From a virus, in the IMG/VR virus record IMGVR_UViG_3300027973_000028, positions 1 through 64,000 of that record: a DNA stretch of 64,000 nt. One strand, given 5' to 3'. Made by a program: the position numbers and the translations under genes. Below the pieces are notes generated by a model. The model was not told where the DNA came from and made no database searches. It saw nothing but the letters and a program-made list of their open reading frames with translations. Below are positions 1 to 9,215 of the stretch, piece after piece. Each line of letters begins with the position of its first letter. Within the stretch, counting starts at the first letter, position 1.

Positions 1-2
1 CA

Positions 3-110
3 GTCACTGCAGACGGCAAGCGCACCGCGCAATTTGAACACACCGTGTTGGTCACTGAAACTGGTGTTGATGTATTGACAGGTGGACCAATCACCAAAGG
101 GAAAAAATGA
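3..110 (+). CDS. map: methionine aminopeptidase type I, C-terminal end (5' truncated by window)
   Basis: Frame from nt 3 reads [26 protein letters not shown], the MetAP C-terminal motif (AQFEHT). TGA at 108-110 overlaps the next ATG. Confidence 0.85.
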   Translation, partial: VTADGKRTAQFEHTVLVTETGVDVLTGGPITKGKK

Positions 111-355
111 GAGTATGGATTGACCAAGACCTATGTACTGGAGATGGACTATGCGCAGAGATAGCACCAGATGTATTTCATATGATGCCAGATGGTCTTG
201 CGTATGTAAGAGAAGGGGACAAGATTTATGCGGCCGCTGTGGGAAACCCAGAAGGCGCAGCTGGTTTAGCATCCTTTTCGGACGATAGGCTTGATGACGT
301 GATTGAAGCGGCGGAAGATTGCCCAGGCGAGTGTATCTTTATTGAAGTTGACTAG
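107..355 (+). CDS. single-cluster ferredoxin ([4Fe-4S]/[3Fe-4S])
   Basis: [20 protein letters not shown]...[10 protein letters not shown] gives a CxxDxxC...CP cluster motif. Confidence 0.9.
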   Translation: MRVWIDQDLCTGDGLCAEIAPDVFHMMPDGLAYVREGDKIYAAAVGNPEGAAGLASFSDDRLDDVIEAAEDCPGECIFIEVD

Positions 356-364
356 GAGTATAGT

Positions 365-505
365 ATGAATCAAGAAAACTATTATGACCCTGAAAAACCG
401 CAAGAATATGTTTATGATCCAGAAAATCTTAATGAATTTTTTGAGTATTTGTGGAAAAAAGAAAAAGATTTTTTAGATTCAATTGGAGTAGAATCTTCCA
501 AATAA
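365..505 (+). CDS. small acidic hypothetical protein (46 aa)
   Basis: ATG at 365 after GGAG; MNQENYYDPEKPQEYVYDPENL...; below the ORF-track cutoff. Confidence 0.6.
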   Translation: MNQENYYDPEKPQEYVYDPENLNEFFEYLWKKEKDFLDSIGVESSK

Positions 506-516
506 TCCATAATCAT

Positions 517-523
517 TTACTAT
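517..523 (+). promoter_or_regulatory. putative phage-specific (late) promoter motif TTACTAT
   Basis: AATCATTTACTATA upstream of the 549 gene; the same motif lies upstream of 7260, 14295 and 37660. Confidence 0.5.
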
Positions 524-548
524 ACCCTATATCATATTAAGGGGATTT

Positions 549-806
549 ATGGAACAAATTAAAAATATAGTAATGCGCATTGTAGCCACTTTTGCGGCCT
601 CTGGTCTTGGCGTGATCGGTGCTGGAACAATAGCTGGTGTGCCACTCTGGAAAGCAATTTTTATGGCCGGCATTGCTGGTGTAGCAACGGTTGTTGAAGG
701 TTTGTCTAGAGCATTTTTAGATGACGGTAAATTATCTGTAGCTGAAATTAATCAAGTATTCAATGGTGTTGACAAGAGTTCTAAAAAAGCTGCAGATGCA
801 AAATGA
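549..806 (+). CDS. small membrane protein, holin-like
   Basis: Two hydrophobic helices, basic C-terminal tail, AAGGGG SD. Confidence 0.55.
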   Translation: MEQIKNIVMRIVATFAASGLGVIGAGTIAGVPLWKAIFMAGIAGVATVVEGLSRAFLDDGKLSVAEINQVFNGVDKSSKKAADAK

Positions 807-1018
807 AGAGACTATCTTTAGTGGCTGGAATTTTGATTTTATCCGCATGTGGATACGATGGAAATTACAGATACTCATGTCAAGATCCAGAAAATTGGGA
901 AGCAAAAGAGTGCAAGCCGCCATTGTGCAGAGTCGATGGCGCATGCACAGAAACCTTGTTGGGCTTCAACCCAAGCGAAACAACGATACAAATAACACAG
1001 GAGACAGTCGCACCATGA
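803..1018 (+). CDS. small Cys-rich lipoprotein
   Basis: MKRLSLVAGILILSAC lipobox; four more Cys; ATGA overlap with the upstream gene. Confidence 0.7.
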   Translation: MKRLSLVAGILILSACGYDGNYRYSCQDPENWEAKECKPPLCRVDGACTETLLGFNPSETTIQITQETVAP

Positions 1019-1296
1019 AAAAACGCTTAACCCCAGCAGAACTAGATGCACGTCTTAAGTTTGTAATTGGTTGCATGCTTGGTGCAGTTCTTCTTATTAC
1101 TACCTTCTTTATTCTTTATGCACTTGTGTTTGTTACACAACCAATTGGTGCTCAAGCCGAGAACGATAAGATGTTCTTTGGCGTTCTTTCTTCAGTAGCT
1201 ACCTTCATTACTGGAACGCTTGCTGGCCTTATGATTTCCACTGGCAGAAATGCTGAAGACAAAAACGGAAATGGAATTCCAGACGACGAAGAGTAA
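1015..1296 (+). CDS. two-TM membrane protein
   Basis: Start at ATG 1015 (MKKRLTPAELDARL...), overlapping the upstream stop; two hydrophobic segments. Confidence 0.7.
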   Translation: MKKRLTPAELDARLKFVIGCMLGAVLLITTFFILYALVFVTQPIGAQAENDKMFFGVLSSVATFITGTLAGLMISTGRNAEDKNGNGIPDDEE

Positions 1297-1297
1297 C

Positions 1298-1903
1298 ATG
1301 AATATCTCACCAGAGATGCGTGCGTGGAATACATGTTTACCGGAAGACTTGTGGATTTTTGATAAATTAATTGTTGCCAAAAAAGCTGGTCACTTATGTG
1401 GACCACGTGGAATTCCAGTTCCAAAACCTGGTGAATATTTTGTAAAACCAGTGATTAATATTGAAGGTATGGGAGAAAGAGCTCGAGTAGAATATCTCGA
1501 ACAAGATACATACCATCTTCACCCTGGAGAATTCTGGTGCGAAATATTTACCGGTGAACATATTAGTATTGACTACGAGAAGTATAAACCAGTCTTATCT
1601 GTTGTCGGAACTAAGCACCGAGATCATCCATACAAAAGATTTACCTATTGGCAAAGGACAGAACAGACGCATCCCCTTCCACAATTCTTAGGTTTTATTC
1701 CACTTAGATACGCAAAAATTAATTGTGAGTTTATTGGTGGAAAATTAATTGAGATACACCTTCGTGGTAACTCTGACTTCTCACATGGTAACTCATCAAT
1801 GATCCCAGTCTGGAACGATGAACAAGACCCTAATCCGGAAGGTTATACTTTTATTAGTGATAACGGGGAAGAGCTAGAACGCTTAGGAATTTGGATTCGT
1901 TAG
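1298..1903 (+). CDS. ATP-grasp-like phage protein
   Basis: FVKPVINIEGMG...EIFTGEHISID...NCEFIGGKLIEIHLRGN resembles ATP-grasp motifs; ATG at 1298 directly follows the previous stop. Confidence 0.5.
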   Translation: MNISPEMRAWNTCLPEDLWIFDKLIVAKKAGHLCGPRGIPVPKPGEYFVKPVINIEGMGERARVEYLEQDTYHLHPGEFWCEIFTGEHISIDYEKYKPVLSVVGTKHRDHPYKRFTYWQRTEQTHPLPQFLGFIPLRYAKINCEFIGGKLIEIHLRGNSDFSHGNSSMIPVWNDEQDPNPEGYTFISDNGEELERLGIWIR

Positions 1904-1985
1904 TTTTGAGAAAATAAACTCTTTTTAGCATACTTGGCAATTCCATATAATAGCATGTTTTCAACATTTTATGGTAAACTAGGGT

Positions 1986-2795
1986 GTGATATATTTTTGC
2001 CATATCCCAAGGACATCTGGGACATCAGTATCCAATGCTGTGTATGATTCTTTTAATAAAGCATTACGCATTCCTATTAAGCCTGACCTTGAGAAGTTTG
2101 ATCCTCACGTGATTAGGGGAATAAATAAAACAGATTACCAATCTTTTTTGAAAGAATGTTATTTAAACATAGATTTTTTTTATGGACATCATTTTTTCAG
2201 CCCATACATTGAACCCTATAGTGAAAGTCTAGAAACGTTTTCTATTATTAGAAATCCATTAGAAAGAATGATTAGTGAATTCTATTATTATAATAGAAAT
2301 GTTAGTGATTCACGTTGGAAAAATAATAAAATTCATCAAATAAAAAACTTTTTATATTCACCCAATAACCTTTCACAATGTTATTGGCTTTTAGGTGATT
2401 ATGATTGGGAAAAAATGAAATTAACAAAAAATACTCTTTTTACTCATTGGCTTCAAGGAAAAGAAATATCTTTTGAGGAAATTTTACAAACAATTAAAAA
2501 AGGAAATATAAAACTTTCTACATTAGAAAATAGAACGTATTTGCTAAATGAATTAGAGGTTTCTTTAAATAAAATAAAAAAAACAAATATTTCTTTAGAT
2601 AAAGAACTTAAAGTAAATGAAAACTTTAATATTGAAAAAAGACCAGAATTTAATAATCCAGAATGTTTTCTTTCACAACAAGAAATAGAAACATTTAAAA
2701 ATCTTTATAGTTTAGATTATCAACTATATAATTATGTTAAAGATCATGAAACAAGAACTGGGCGATGTTTAACCCCTGATGATATTTTATTTTAA
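1986..2795 (+). CDS. sulfotransferase family protein
   Basis: HIPRTSGTS (5'-PSB) and IRNPLERMISEFYY (3'-PB) PAPS-binding motifs. Confidence 0.8.
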   Translation: MIYFCHIPRTSGTSVSNAVYDSFNKALRIPIKPDLEKFDPHVIRGINKTDYQSFLKECYLNIDFFYGHHFFSPYIEPYSESLETFSIIRNPLERMISEFYYYNRNVSDSRWKNNKIHQIKNFLYSPNNLSQCYWLLGDYDWEKMKLTKNTLFTHWLQGKEISFEEILQTIKKGNIKLSTLENRTYLLNELEVSLNKIKKTNISLDKELKVNENFNIEKRPEFNNPECFLSQQEIETFKNLYSLDYQLYNYVKDHETRTGRCLTPDDILF

Positions 2796-2848
2796 TTTTT
2801 CCTATATAAGGTAAAAAGTAGAAAAAAATTTCGAAGGGGTTTTTGGTT

Positions 2849-3019
2849 TTAGACTTTTTTCCCCACAGCCAAATTGTAAATATCTAATAGCATGTCTTCT
2901 AATTCTTGGTGGGTAAATAGTTCTCTATTTTGTTTTGTAATTTCAGACAACAACAATTCAACAGAAGCCTTAACGCTAGCTAACTTAACATCTTCTTTAT
3001 CCAAAAGAAGTCTGCTCAT
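2849..3019 (-). CDS. small hypothetical protein (56 aa)
   Basis: MSRLLLDKEDVKLASVKASVELLL...; starts 2 nt after the stop of the 3022 gene, with a GAGG SD. Confidence 0.6.
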   Translation of the reverse strand: MSRLLLDKEDVKLASVKASVELLLSEITKQNRELFTHQELEDMLLDIYNLAVGKKV

Positions 3020-3021
3020 AA

Positions 3022-6000
3022 TTAGTCCTCGTCGTTTTTAAGTAACTGGTGTGCATAGTGTACTACGCAGGCAGTTATGGTTGAGGCTAAGGCAATTGTT
3101 TGGGTTGTTCCGGAAAGTGTGTAGTAAACAACTACGCTACCTGCAAATGTAAATGCAAGACCAGCAGTTATATCCCACAATTTCTTACCAAAACCTAACC
3201 AATTAAATTCTCTCATCTCTATACCCTCCTTGATATAATATTTAAATATACTATTTTTTGTAAAATTACTATCTTCGTCATCTCCTGGGCCGGCAATCTC
3301 TCCAGCCATTTCTTCTTCTTCATTCTTTTTAGCTACATTGTTATTAGTACCGCTAGGACCGTTAGAGTTCCCTCCTCCAGAAGAGCCTCCAGAGCCTCCA
3401 GCAGCGCCTGTGGCAGCCGTTATTGCAGCAACTGCTGTAGTGGCTGCTATAAGCGTTCTACGAGCTCCTACGTTGACCTCAGAGCCAAGGGCAACATAGT
3501 CATCAAAGCCATCTCCATAGATGTCGACCTCTTCTTCAAGGGCTTCTTTAATATCGTTTGGTGCATTAGTAAGAGCTGCAGCCAATTCAGCTTCTTGTTC
3601 TGGCGTTACGTTTGTCACATCTAATGCAGCAAACACCTCGGTAGCTTGGTCTGGGGTTATGCTTTCTAGAACCTTAGGACTTGCCGAAAGTGCAGCTGAT
3701 TGACCTGGATCAATGCCGCCCTCTTGGCCCGTGATCAAGTCAACGACTTGTGATACTTGATCATTTGTAATTGTGTCTGACTCCAACACATCTACGATGA
3801 CACCGACTGATTCAGCATTAAGTTCATTGCCCAAAACGGCGGTAAAGGTTTCAATCAAAACCTCGTTGCTTACTTCTTCATCAAAGACTGCGCCAAGAGC
3901 AGAGCCCAATAACTCTGCTGTGAGTTCGTTTTTCAAAACATCAACGATGAGGTCAATGGTTTCTGCATCAGAGAGGTCAGCATCAAACACGTTGTCAAAC
4001 ACTGCTTCTGCTTCTGACGCGCTCAAGTTTGTTTCAAGCAAGTCGCCAAGTACCGTCATGGTGTCGGCGGCAGAAATGTCTTCGTCAAACACTGCACCCA
4101 TTACTTTTGAAATATCCGCGCCACTTGCTGGACCATCAAAGATTGAACTGAGTGCAGAAACCATGGCTTCTGGGGATGTTGTTTCTGAGAATGCGGCATC
4201 AAGAACTTTGTCAAACTCTTTATCGCTAAGGTCGGCACCAAGCATTGTTGTTAGTGCTTCAGTGAAAACTTCACTAGAGACATCTTCCGAGAAAACTGCA
4301 TCAAGAACCTTTGTGAATTCTTTATCGCTCAAGTCTGCTTCTAGGAACGAATCAATCACAGCACCGACATCGGCTCCCGGTTCGTCAAGCGAGCCAAGGG
4401 TTGCGTCTACTACTGCGTCAAACTGTTTTGGTGTTAAGTCGGCATCAAGGAGTCCATCAAGGACGGCAGTCATTTCTTCTGCAGATGCATCTGGGGTGAA
4501 GGCATTATCCAAAATGCCTGCAAGGTCACCCGTGGATATTGCTTCTCCCGCCTCTGGGAGGGTAACCTCATCTGGTGGAATTATTACTACTACCGTTTCG
4601 GGTTCTGTTCCAACTGGTGGAATTACTATTCCTGGCAGTGCGGTTTCTGGTTCTGTTCCTACGGGAAACGTCACCGTTGTGGATTCTGTTTCAGGCTCTG
4701 GCAATTGCGGCAGTGGTACTGTTGTATCGTCTGGGGGAGTCACGACGACAGGAGAGACGCTCGTACTGGTCGTCCCAGTATCAACAGGTGGAATAACAAC
4801 AACAACTGGCGGTACATAAACGGTAGTTGTAGTTGTAGTTGGAACAGTAGTGGTAGTCGTAGTACTGGTAGTACTGGTTGTAGTAGTAGAAGAAGTAGTT
4901 GTAGTTGTTGTGGTAATTGTGTTACCAGATTCCACATACCCAGAGCCCGAGAAATTGTTTGTGTTGGCAGAAGTATTACCAAATGTATTTCCACTGGCTG
5001 TAGAGAACGAGTTCGCACTTACTCCGTTGTATACCGAAGAGCCGGTATTCCAATTGTTGGCAAACTGAATGGCAGTCGTATTGCCGTTGAATGTATTACC
5101 TGAAACCGTTTGGTTACCAGCACCAACCGCCCAACCCGTCGGAATCCATGAAGAGAAATACACGCCTGTACCGTTTGAAGTAAATGTTGAGTTAGTCACC
5201 TGCTGACGGTTGAGACCGCCTAGTTCTGCACCAAACTGTGTGTTGCTAATAAATTGGGTGTTGTTTATTTTGAAGAATCTTTCTCCAGATATTCCGTAAG
5301 TATTATTAGAAAAAACCGAATCATAAACGTATGTGCGGTTTGTGTAATCGGAATCCGTTTGGCTCAAAGCCGATGGCGTCGAACCATAGTCTCCAGCAAT
5401 ACCGACATATAGATAATCAAATGTTGTATCCGTGAGGGTGGAGACAGAACCTCCTCCATTGTTGAACACGGCAGAGCCTGCTGTCATTCCCGTGAAGCGA
5501 ACATCGGTTGCAGAGAAAGTGCCTGCACCGTTATTCACAAGACCGCCGTTTGTGGCTTGCCCTTTTTTAAGTGTCATGTCAGAAATCGTCAACGACTTGC
5601 CAGACGAGATATTGAATGGACGATATAAATTGTTGCCGTCAATAATAGTGGAAGTTAAACCAGCACCAGTGATTGTCAAGTTGTCTGAAATTGCAGGCAG
5701 GGCAGAAGTGAGAGTGATTGTTCCAGTGTTGCCTGAAGCAAAAGTAATGGTGTTAATAGTGGCTGAAGCGTTCGCCGTAGTGATAGCCCAACGCAAAGAG
5801 CCCGAGCCGGAAGTATCTGAAAGATTTGTAACAATGACAGATGTTGGGGCTGGTACCGTGATTGACGCAGCCGAGTTTGCAGTTAGTGAACCGATTGAGT
5901 TGGTTTTAGTTACGCGGACTCGTATTTGTTTTGCAACATCATCTGAACCAACTGCATATGTTGAAGATGTTGCGCCAGATATATTTGTCCATGTACACGA

Positions 6001-7260
6001 AGAAGGAGTACAGGATTGCCACTGATAGGTTGTCGCAGTTACGGCAGACCCACCGTCACCCCAAGTTCCATCAACTGCGGTCAGAGTTTCTCCGTAGGCA
6101 ACAGTTCCAGACATTGATGTTCCGCCAGATGTTGTTGGAGCCGTAGACCCCGCAAGGAGAGTAAATGACTGGCTCACCGTGGCTGCTGCTACATATGAGT
6201 TATTAGAAAAACTATTTGCGGAAATGGTGCAGGTTCCTGTTTGACTAGCCAACACCGTCACTGTTGCGGTTGAAGTTCCACTGCTATCTGTTGATGAACC
6301 AACGGTGCACTTGCCTGTAGTGCTGGATGTAAAAGTAACCGACAACCCAGAAGTAGCAGTAGCTGAGATAGTAAATGTCTGGTTTGACGAAGAGGTAACT
6401 ATGTCGGCAGGCTGAGCGAAGGTAATAGTGTTTGCGCTGGCTACAGATATTGCTGAGTCAATATACATTGACGCACCAAGGGCTTGACCGCCCGTTGCGT
6501 CATAGGAACCATTAACGAACCTAAATCTGTAATAACCAGTAGATGGGACTATGCCACTAGACGTAACCCAACCTTGGTTTTGCCCACGTCCATATGAAAC
6601 TAAAGTTGAAGTAGCACTAGAGCCATAGTCGTATGTGTTCCCACTTGCTGAAACCTTAACCAAGTATCCGTATGCTTCGTAGTCGTCACCACCACCAGCT
6701 GCGGCCCAGTCAAAAGAAATTGATTGATTTGCCGTAGCAGGAAACGGCTCGGTCCATATTTCTGGTCCAAACGCCGAACCGTATGTTCCATGATTATTAC
6801 AAGTATTGGCATAGGAAATAATGCCAGAAGAGAAGAGACGAATTACTCCACTACGTCCAGAATATGTTTGTCCTGTAGATGTTGAGTAGGACAAGTTCTG
6901 GGTGGTCGCTTCCTGACCTTCGTACAACTGCTGTTCTCGCGTGTAGTTCTTATCGGTTACATAAGAATACGAATCGCCAGAGGTGGCATCGGTGCCAGTC
7001 ATTGTGTATGGCCCAATCCCTTGCTTGCCTAGAACCGCACATTGGGTTCGACTTGCCAACGAACCTAGGGTTACCTTTGCTGCCGCAGTTGACTCAAAGA
7101 CAGGAGACAATGCTTGGGCTGGGGTAGCCATAGGCACAAACATTGATATTAAAAAAGCTGGAGCTAATATCCAAGCCCCTTTACGAAAGCGTATGCGACT
7201 ACCACGGTCACTACTTTTAATTTTTTTTAGCGCATAGCTAAGCTTATTTAAAATATTCAA
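3022..7260 (-). CDS. large secreted/membrane-anchored protein (Ig-like, beta-helix, Thr/Pro linker, acidic helical repeats, C-terminal TM)
   Basis: N-terminal signal-like segment (PAQA); YQWQSC Ig-type repeat; VTNLSDTSGSGSLRWAI beta-helix start; poly-Thr; D/E-rich repeats; C-terminal hydrophobic helices. Confidence 0.75.
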   Translation of the reverse strand: MNILNKLSYALKKIKSSDRGSRIRFRKGAWILAPAFLISMFVPMATPAQALSPVFESTAAAKVTLGSLASRTQCAVLGKQGIGPYTMTGTDATSGDSYSYVTDKNYTREQQLYEGQEATTQNLSYSTSTGQTYSGRSGVIRLFSSGIISYANTCNNHGTYGSAFGPEIWTEPFPATANQSISFDWAAAGGGDDYEAYGYLVKVSASGNTYDYGSSATSTLVSYGRGQNQGWVTSSGIVPSTGYYRFRFVNGSYDATGGQALGASMYIDSAISVASANTITFAQPADIVTSSSNQTFTISATATSGLSVTFTSSTTGKCTVGSSTDSSGTSTATVTVLASQTGTCTISANSFSNNSYVAAATVSQSFTLLAGSTAPTTSGGTSMSGTVAYGETLTAVDGTWGDGGSAVTATTYQWQSCTPSSCTWTNISGATSSTYAVGSDDVAKQIRVRVTKTNSIGSLTANSAASITVPAPTSVIVTNLSDTSGSGSLRWAITTANASATINTITFASGNTGTITLTSALPAISDNLTITGAGLTSTIIDGNNLYRPFNISSGKSLTISDMTLKKGQATNGGLVNNGAGTFSATDVRFTGMTAGSAVFNNGGGSVSTLTDTTFDYLYVGIAGDYGSTPSALSQTDSDYTNRTYVYDSVFSNNTYGISGERFFKINNTQFISNTQFGAELGGLNRQQVTNSTFTSNGTGVYFSSWIPTGWAVGAGNQTVSGNTFNGNTTAIQFANNWNTGSSVYNGVSANSFSTASGNTFGNTSANTNNFSGSGYVESGNTITTTTTTTSSTTTTSTTSTTTTTTVPTTTTTTVYVPPVVVVIPPVDTGTTSTSVSPVVVTPPDDTTVPLPQLPEPETESTTVTFPVGTEPETALPGIVIPPVGTEPETVVVIIPPDEVTLPEAGEAISTGDLAGILDNAFTPDASAEEMTAVLDGLLDADLTPKQFDAVVDATLGSLDEPGADVGAVIDSFLEADLSDKEFTKVLDAVFSEDVSSEVFTEALTTMLGADLSDKEFDKVLDAAFSETTSPEAMVSALSSIFDGPASGADISKVMGAVFDEDISAADTMTVLGDLLETNLSASEAEAVFDNVFDADLSDAETIDLIVDVLKNELTAELLGSALGAVFDEEVSNEVLIETFTAVLGNELNAESVGVIVDVLESDTITNDQVSQVVDLITGQEGGIDPGQSAALSASPKVLESITPDQATEVFAALDVTNVTPEQEAELAAALTNAPNDIKEALEEEVDIYGDGFDDYVALGSEVNVGARRTLIAATTAVAAITAATGAAGGSGGSSGGGNSNGPSGTNNNVAKKNEEEEMAGEIAGPGDDEDSNFTKNSIFKYYIKEGIEMREFNWLGFGKKLWDITAGLAFTFAGSVVVYYTLSGTTQTIALASTITACVVHYAHQLLKNDED
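3700..4540 (-). repeat. degenerate acidic helical repeats (DADLSDKEFDKVLDAVFSE type)
   Basis: Recurrent units in the translation, e.g. EADLSDKEFTKVLDAVF and GADLSDKEFDKVLDAAF; boundaries approximate. Confidence 0.6.
4820..4915 (-). repeat. low-complexity (gta/gtt)n tract encoding a poly-Thr linker
   Basis: TTTTTTTTSSTTTTSTTSTTTTTTVPTTTTTT in the 1412-aa protein. Confidence 0.85.
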
Positions 7261-7267
7261 CCGACAT

Positions 7268-7304
7268 CCCCTTCAGTTAGACATACCTAATAGTAACTAA
7301 GGGG
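7268..7304 (-). promoter_or_regulatory. SD-sequestering hairpin containing the TTACTAT motif (7290-7296)
   Basis: On the minus strand CCCCTTAGTTA pairs with TAACT-G-AAGGGG; the 3' arm is the SD of the TTG at 7260. Confidence 0.6.
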
Positions 7305-7308
7305 TAAC

Positions 7309-7348
7309 AAAAAAGATCCCCAACTTATTTAAAAGTCAGGGATCTTTT
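7309..7348 (-). terminator. intrinsic terminator (possibly bidirectional)
   Basis: AAAAGATCCC...GGGATCTTTT inverted repeat with A/T tracts, downstream of the 7385 gene. Confidence 0.7.
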
Positions 7349-7384
7349 ACGCTACTGAGCGTCGGTTTCCGTAGGGTTATTATA

Positions 7385-7927
7385 TCAAATCTTTGTTGCT
7401 ATGACACCTAAGTTCGGAATATTTTTTCCAAAATCTTTTTTAGTTTCTTCAGGCAATATGTCATCATCGACATCGTATTGCCAAAATCCAGCGTCAAAAC
7501 CTACAGCATTCATGCCAAGTGCCTGGAAGTCTTTAACCAATTCTTCTTGTGACCACATGCTCTGGTGCTGTTGCAGGATGTTTGAATCGCATCTACTAGC
7601 AGGAGTAAATATAGGAGCTCTCATTGTCCTAAAAGATATTTTTCCCTCTGCCCACATTTTTACTAGTCTGCCAATATCTGTTTGTACCACCTTGATTGTT
7701 CCACCTGGCTTTAGTTTTCTAAGCATGTGAAGTAGGAAAGGCTTATATTGCAATATAGATATGTGTTCAAGAGTGTGAGACAAAAAGAATTCATCTACAG
7801 TTCCATCATTACAAAATGAATCAAGATCCATTATGTTAGCTTCTATGTCGCATATCTCGGCTAGGTTAACAGTTTTGTATTCTGACCCCTTACCGATCCC
7901 ACCAAGGTTAAACCTTATACTACTCAT
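7385..7927 (-). CDS. SAM-dependent methyltransferase (type 11-like)
   Basis: RFNLGGIG, SHTLEHI and RKLKPGGTIKV motifs; likely start MSSIRF at 7927. Confidence 0.75.
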   Translation of the reverse strand: MSSIRFNLGGIGKGSEYKTVNLAEICDIEANIMDLDSFCNDGTVDEFFLSHTLEHISILQYKPFLLHMLRKLKPGGTIKVVQTDIGRLVKMWAEGKISFRTMRAPIFTPASRCDSNILQQHQSMWSQEELVKDFQALGMNAVGFDAGFWQYDVDDDILPEETKKDFGKNIPNLGVIATKI

Positions 7928-7929
7928 AA

Positions 7930-8631
7930 TTAATCTTCTCTTGTATGTATGTTCAACGAAAGCCAACCCATATTATAGAGGCTGTTAGGCAATACATCTG
8001 GCTCAAGACCGGTCTTCCATAGACAATATGGGAAGCTTACTTGATCTTGATATGACCATTGTAGATTTTGCTGGTGCCACAACTCTCCAAGTTCTTTAAC
8101 TTTTGGATTAGTCATATCTCTAGCAGAGACTCCGCAAGCATATAGCCCGTACTCTTCTGGAAATCCTTCTGATCTATAAAAATCACACTGTTCATCTAGT
8201 GGTTCTTTTGCATACTTTGATGGTCTGATAGTTGCTTCCCCATAAGCGCAATATCTTCCAGGATTTCCTAAGGCGTCTGGGTGCGGAGATGCCACAAAGC
8301 CATTCTTCATATAGGATAATATTTCAGAAACAAAATTAGAATTAGTTATAGAAATTTCTCCATCAATCCATATTAAGTACTTATATTTAAGTAATATTTC
8401 TATTGAATGTGGATTTAATTTTGGTCTTTTTGATCTTCTTCTATTGTCTAAGTGAGCGTCTATCTCTGGAAGAAGTTGAACATTCCATGGGTTGGAAATA
8501 TCGAATGCTGACTGACCATCTGTAAAGTATATATAATCTACACCAGGTATTACAGTTTGAGCTGTTGCATAGTCGTAACCGCCAGTTACGGCAGTGCAGA
8601 TTACAGTATTGCCATGCCAATCATCAATCAT
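7930..8631 (-). CDS. glycosyltransferase-like protein (DUF616-type)
   Basis: CTAVTGGYD, YIYFTD, LIWIDG and QDQVSFPYCLWK motifs. Confidence 0.7.
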   Translation of the reverse strand: MIDDWHGNTVICTAVTGGYDYATAQTVIPGVDYIYFTDGQSAFDISNPWNVQLLPEIDAHLDNRRRSKRPKLNPHSIEILLKYKYLIWIDGEISITNSNFVSEILSYMKNGFVASPHPDALGNPGRYCAYGEATIRPSKYAKEPLDEQCDFYRSEGFPEEYGLYACGVSARDMTNPKVKELGELWHQQNLQWSYQDQVSFPYCLWKTGLEPDVLPNSLYNMGWLSLNIHTRED

Positions 8632-9208
8632 TGATCTGCTTTACTGCATCTACCTTTAAAAGATAGTCTTCATGTATTAAGGGTTTTGAAGCATCCACTT
8701 TAAGCCACCCCCATTCGTCTCCAGATTTTACATCCAGGACTTGTAGGCCAATATTATTAAAGTCGTCCACTAACATTCTACTTGTTAGACCAACAAAATG
8801 AAAATCATACTGATTAGATTGTTCGGCAAAAAAGATCTGTTGCATAGCTCTATCACCCTCAAGTGAATCCATAGATAATATTTGTCTACACGCACCTAAA
8901 AAATCTGGAACTTCTATTCTAATCATTCCACCTGGTTTAAGAATTCTACACCACTCTTTTAAAGCAGCTTGATATTCTTTCCAAGGAAAATGTTCTAAGC
9001 ATTCTGAACTGAAAACAACATCCGCGTAGTCATCGGGAAGTGGGATAGATCTTGCATCACAAACTATGTCAACCTTATGCCAAGTATCATCTGTTGCATG
9101 AAGCGGAAATGGCTCTATGTCTACGTGAGTCCAGTCAGGACCTAGATATGTCCTAGTGCCTATAACCACTTTAATTCCATCACTTTTTGGTATTGTTTCT
9201 AAACGCAT
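8624..9208 (-). CDS. SAM-dependent methyltransferase (type 11-like)
   Basis: DARSIPLPDDYADVVFSSECLEHF and EWCRILKPGGMIRIEVPD. Confidence 0.85.
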   Translation of the reverse strand: MRLETIPKSDGIKVVIGTRTYLGPDWTHVDIEPFPLHATDDTWHKVDIVCDARSIPLPDDYADVVFSSECLEHFPWKEYQAALKEWCRILKPGGMIRIEVPDFLGACRQILSMDSLEGDRAMQQIFFAEQSNQYDFHFVGLTSRMLVDDFNNIGLQVLDVKSGDEWGWLKVDASKPLIHEDYLLKVDAVKQIND

Positions 9209-9215
9209 TATTTTC

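Noticed and set aside
763-1014. 177-aa version of the membrane protein ORF
   Set aside because: It overlaps the lipoprotein gene completely; ATG 1015 is the coupled start.
3521-7237. Several long + strand ORFs (e.g. 3773-4819, 5432-6025)
   Set aside because: Antisense shadows of the 1412-aa gene; low-complexity translations with no independent signals.
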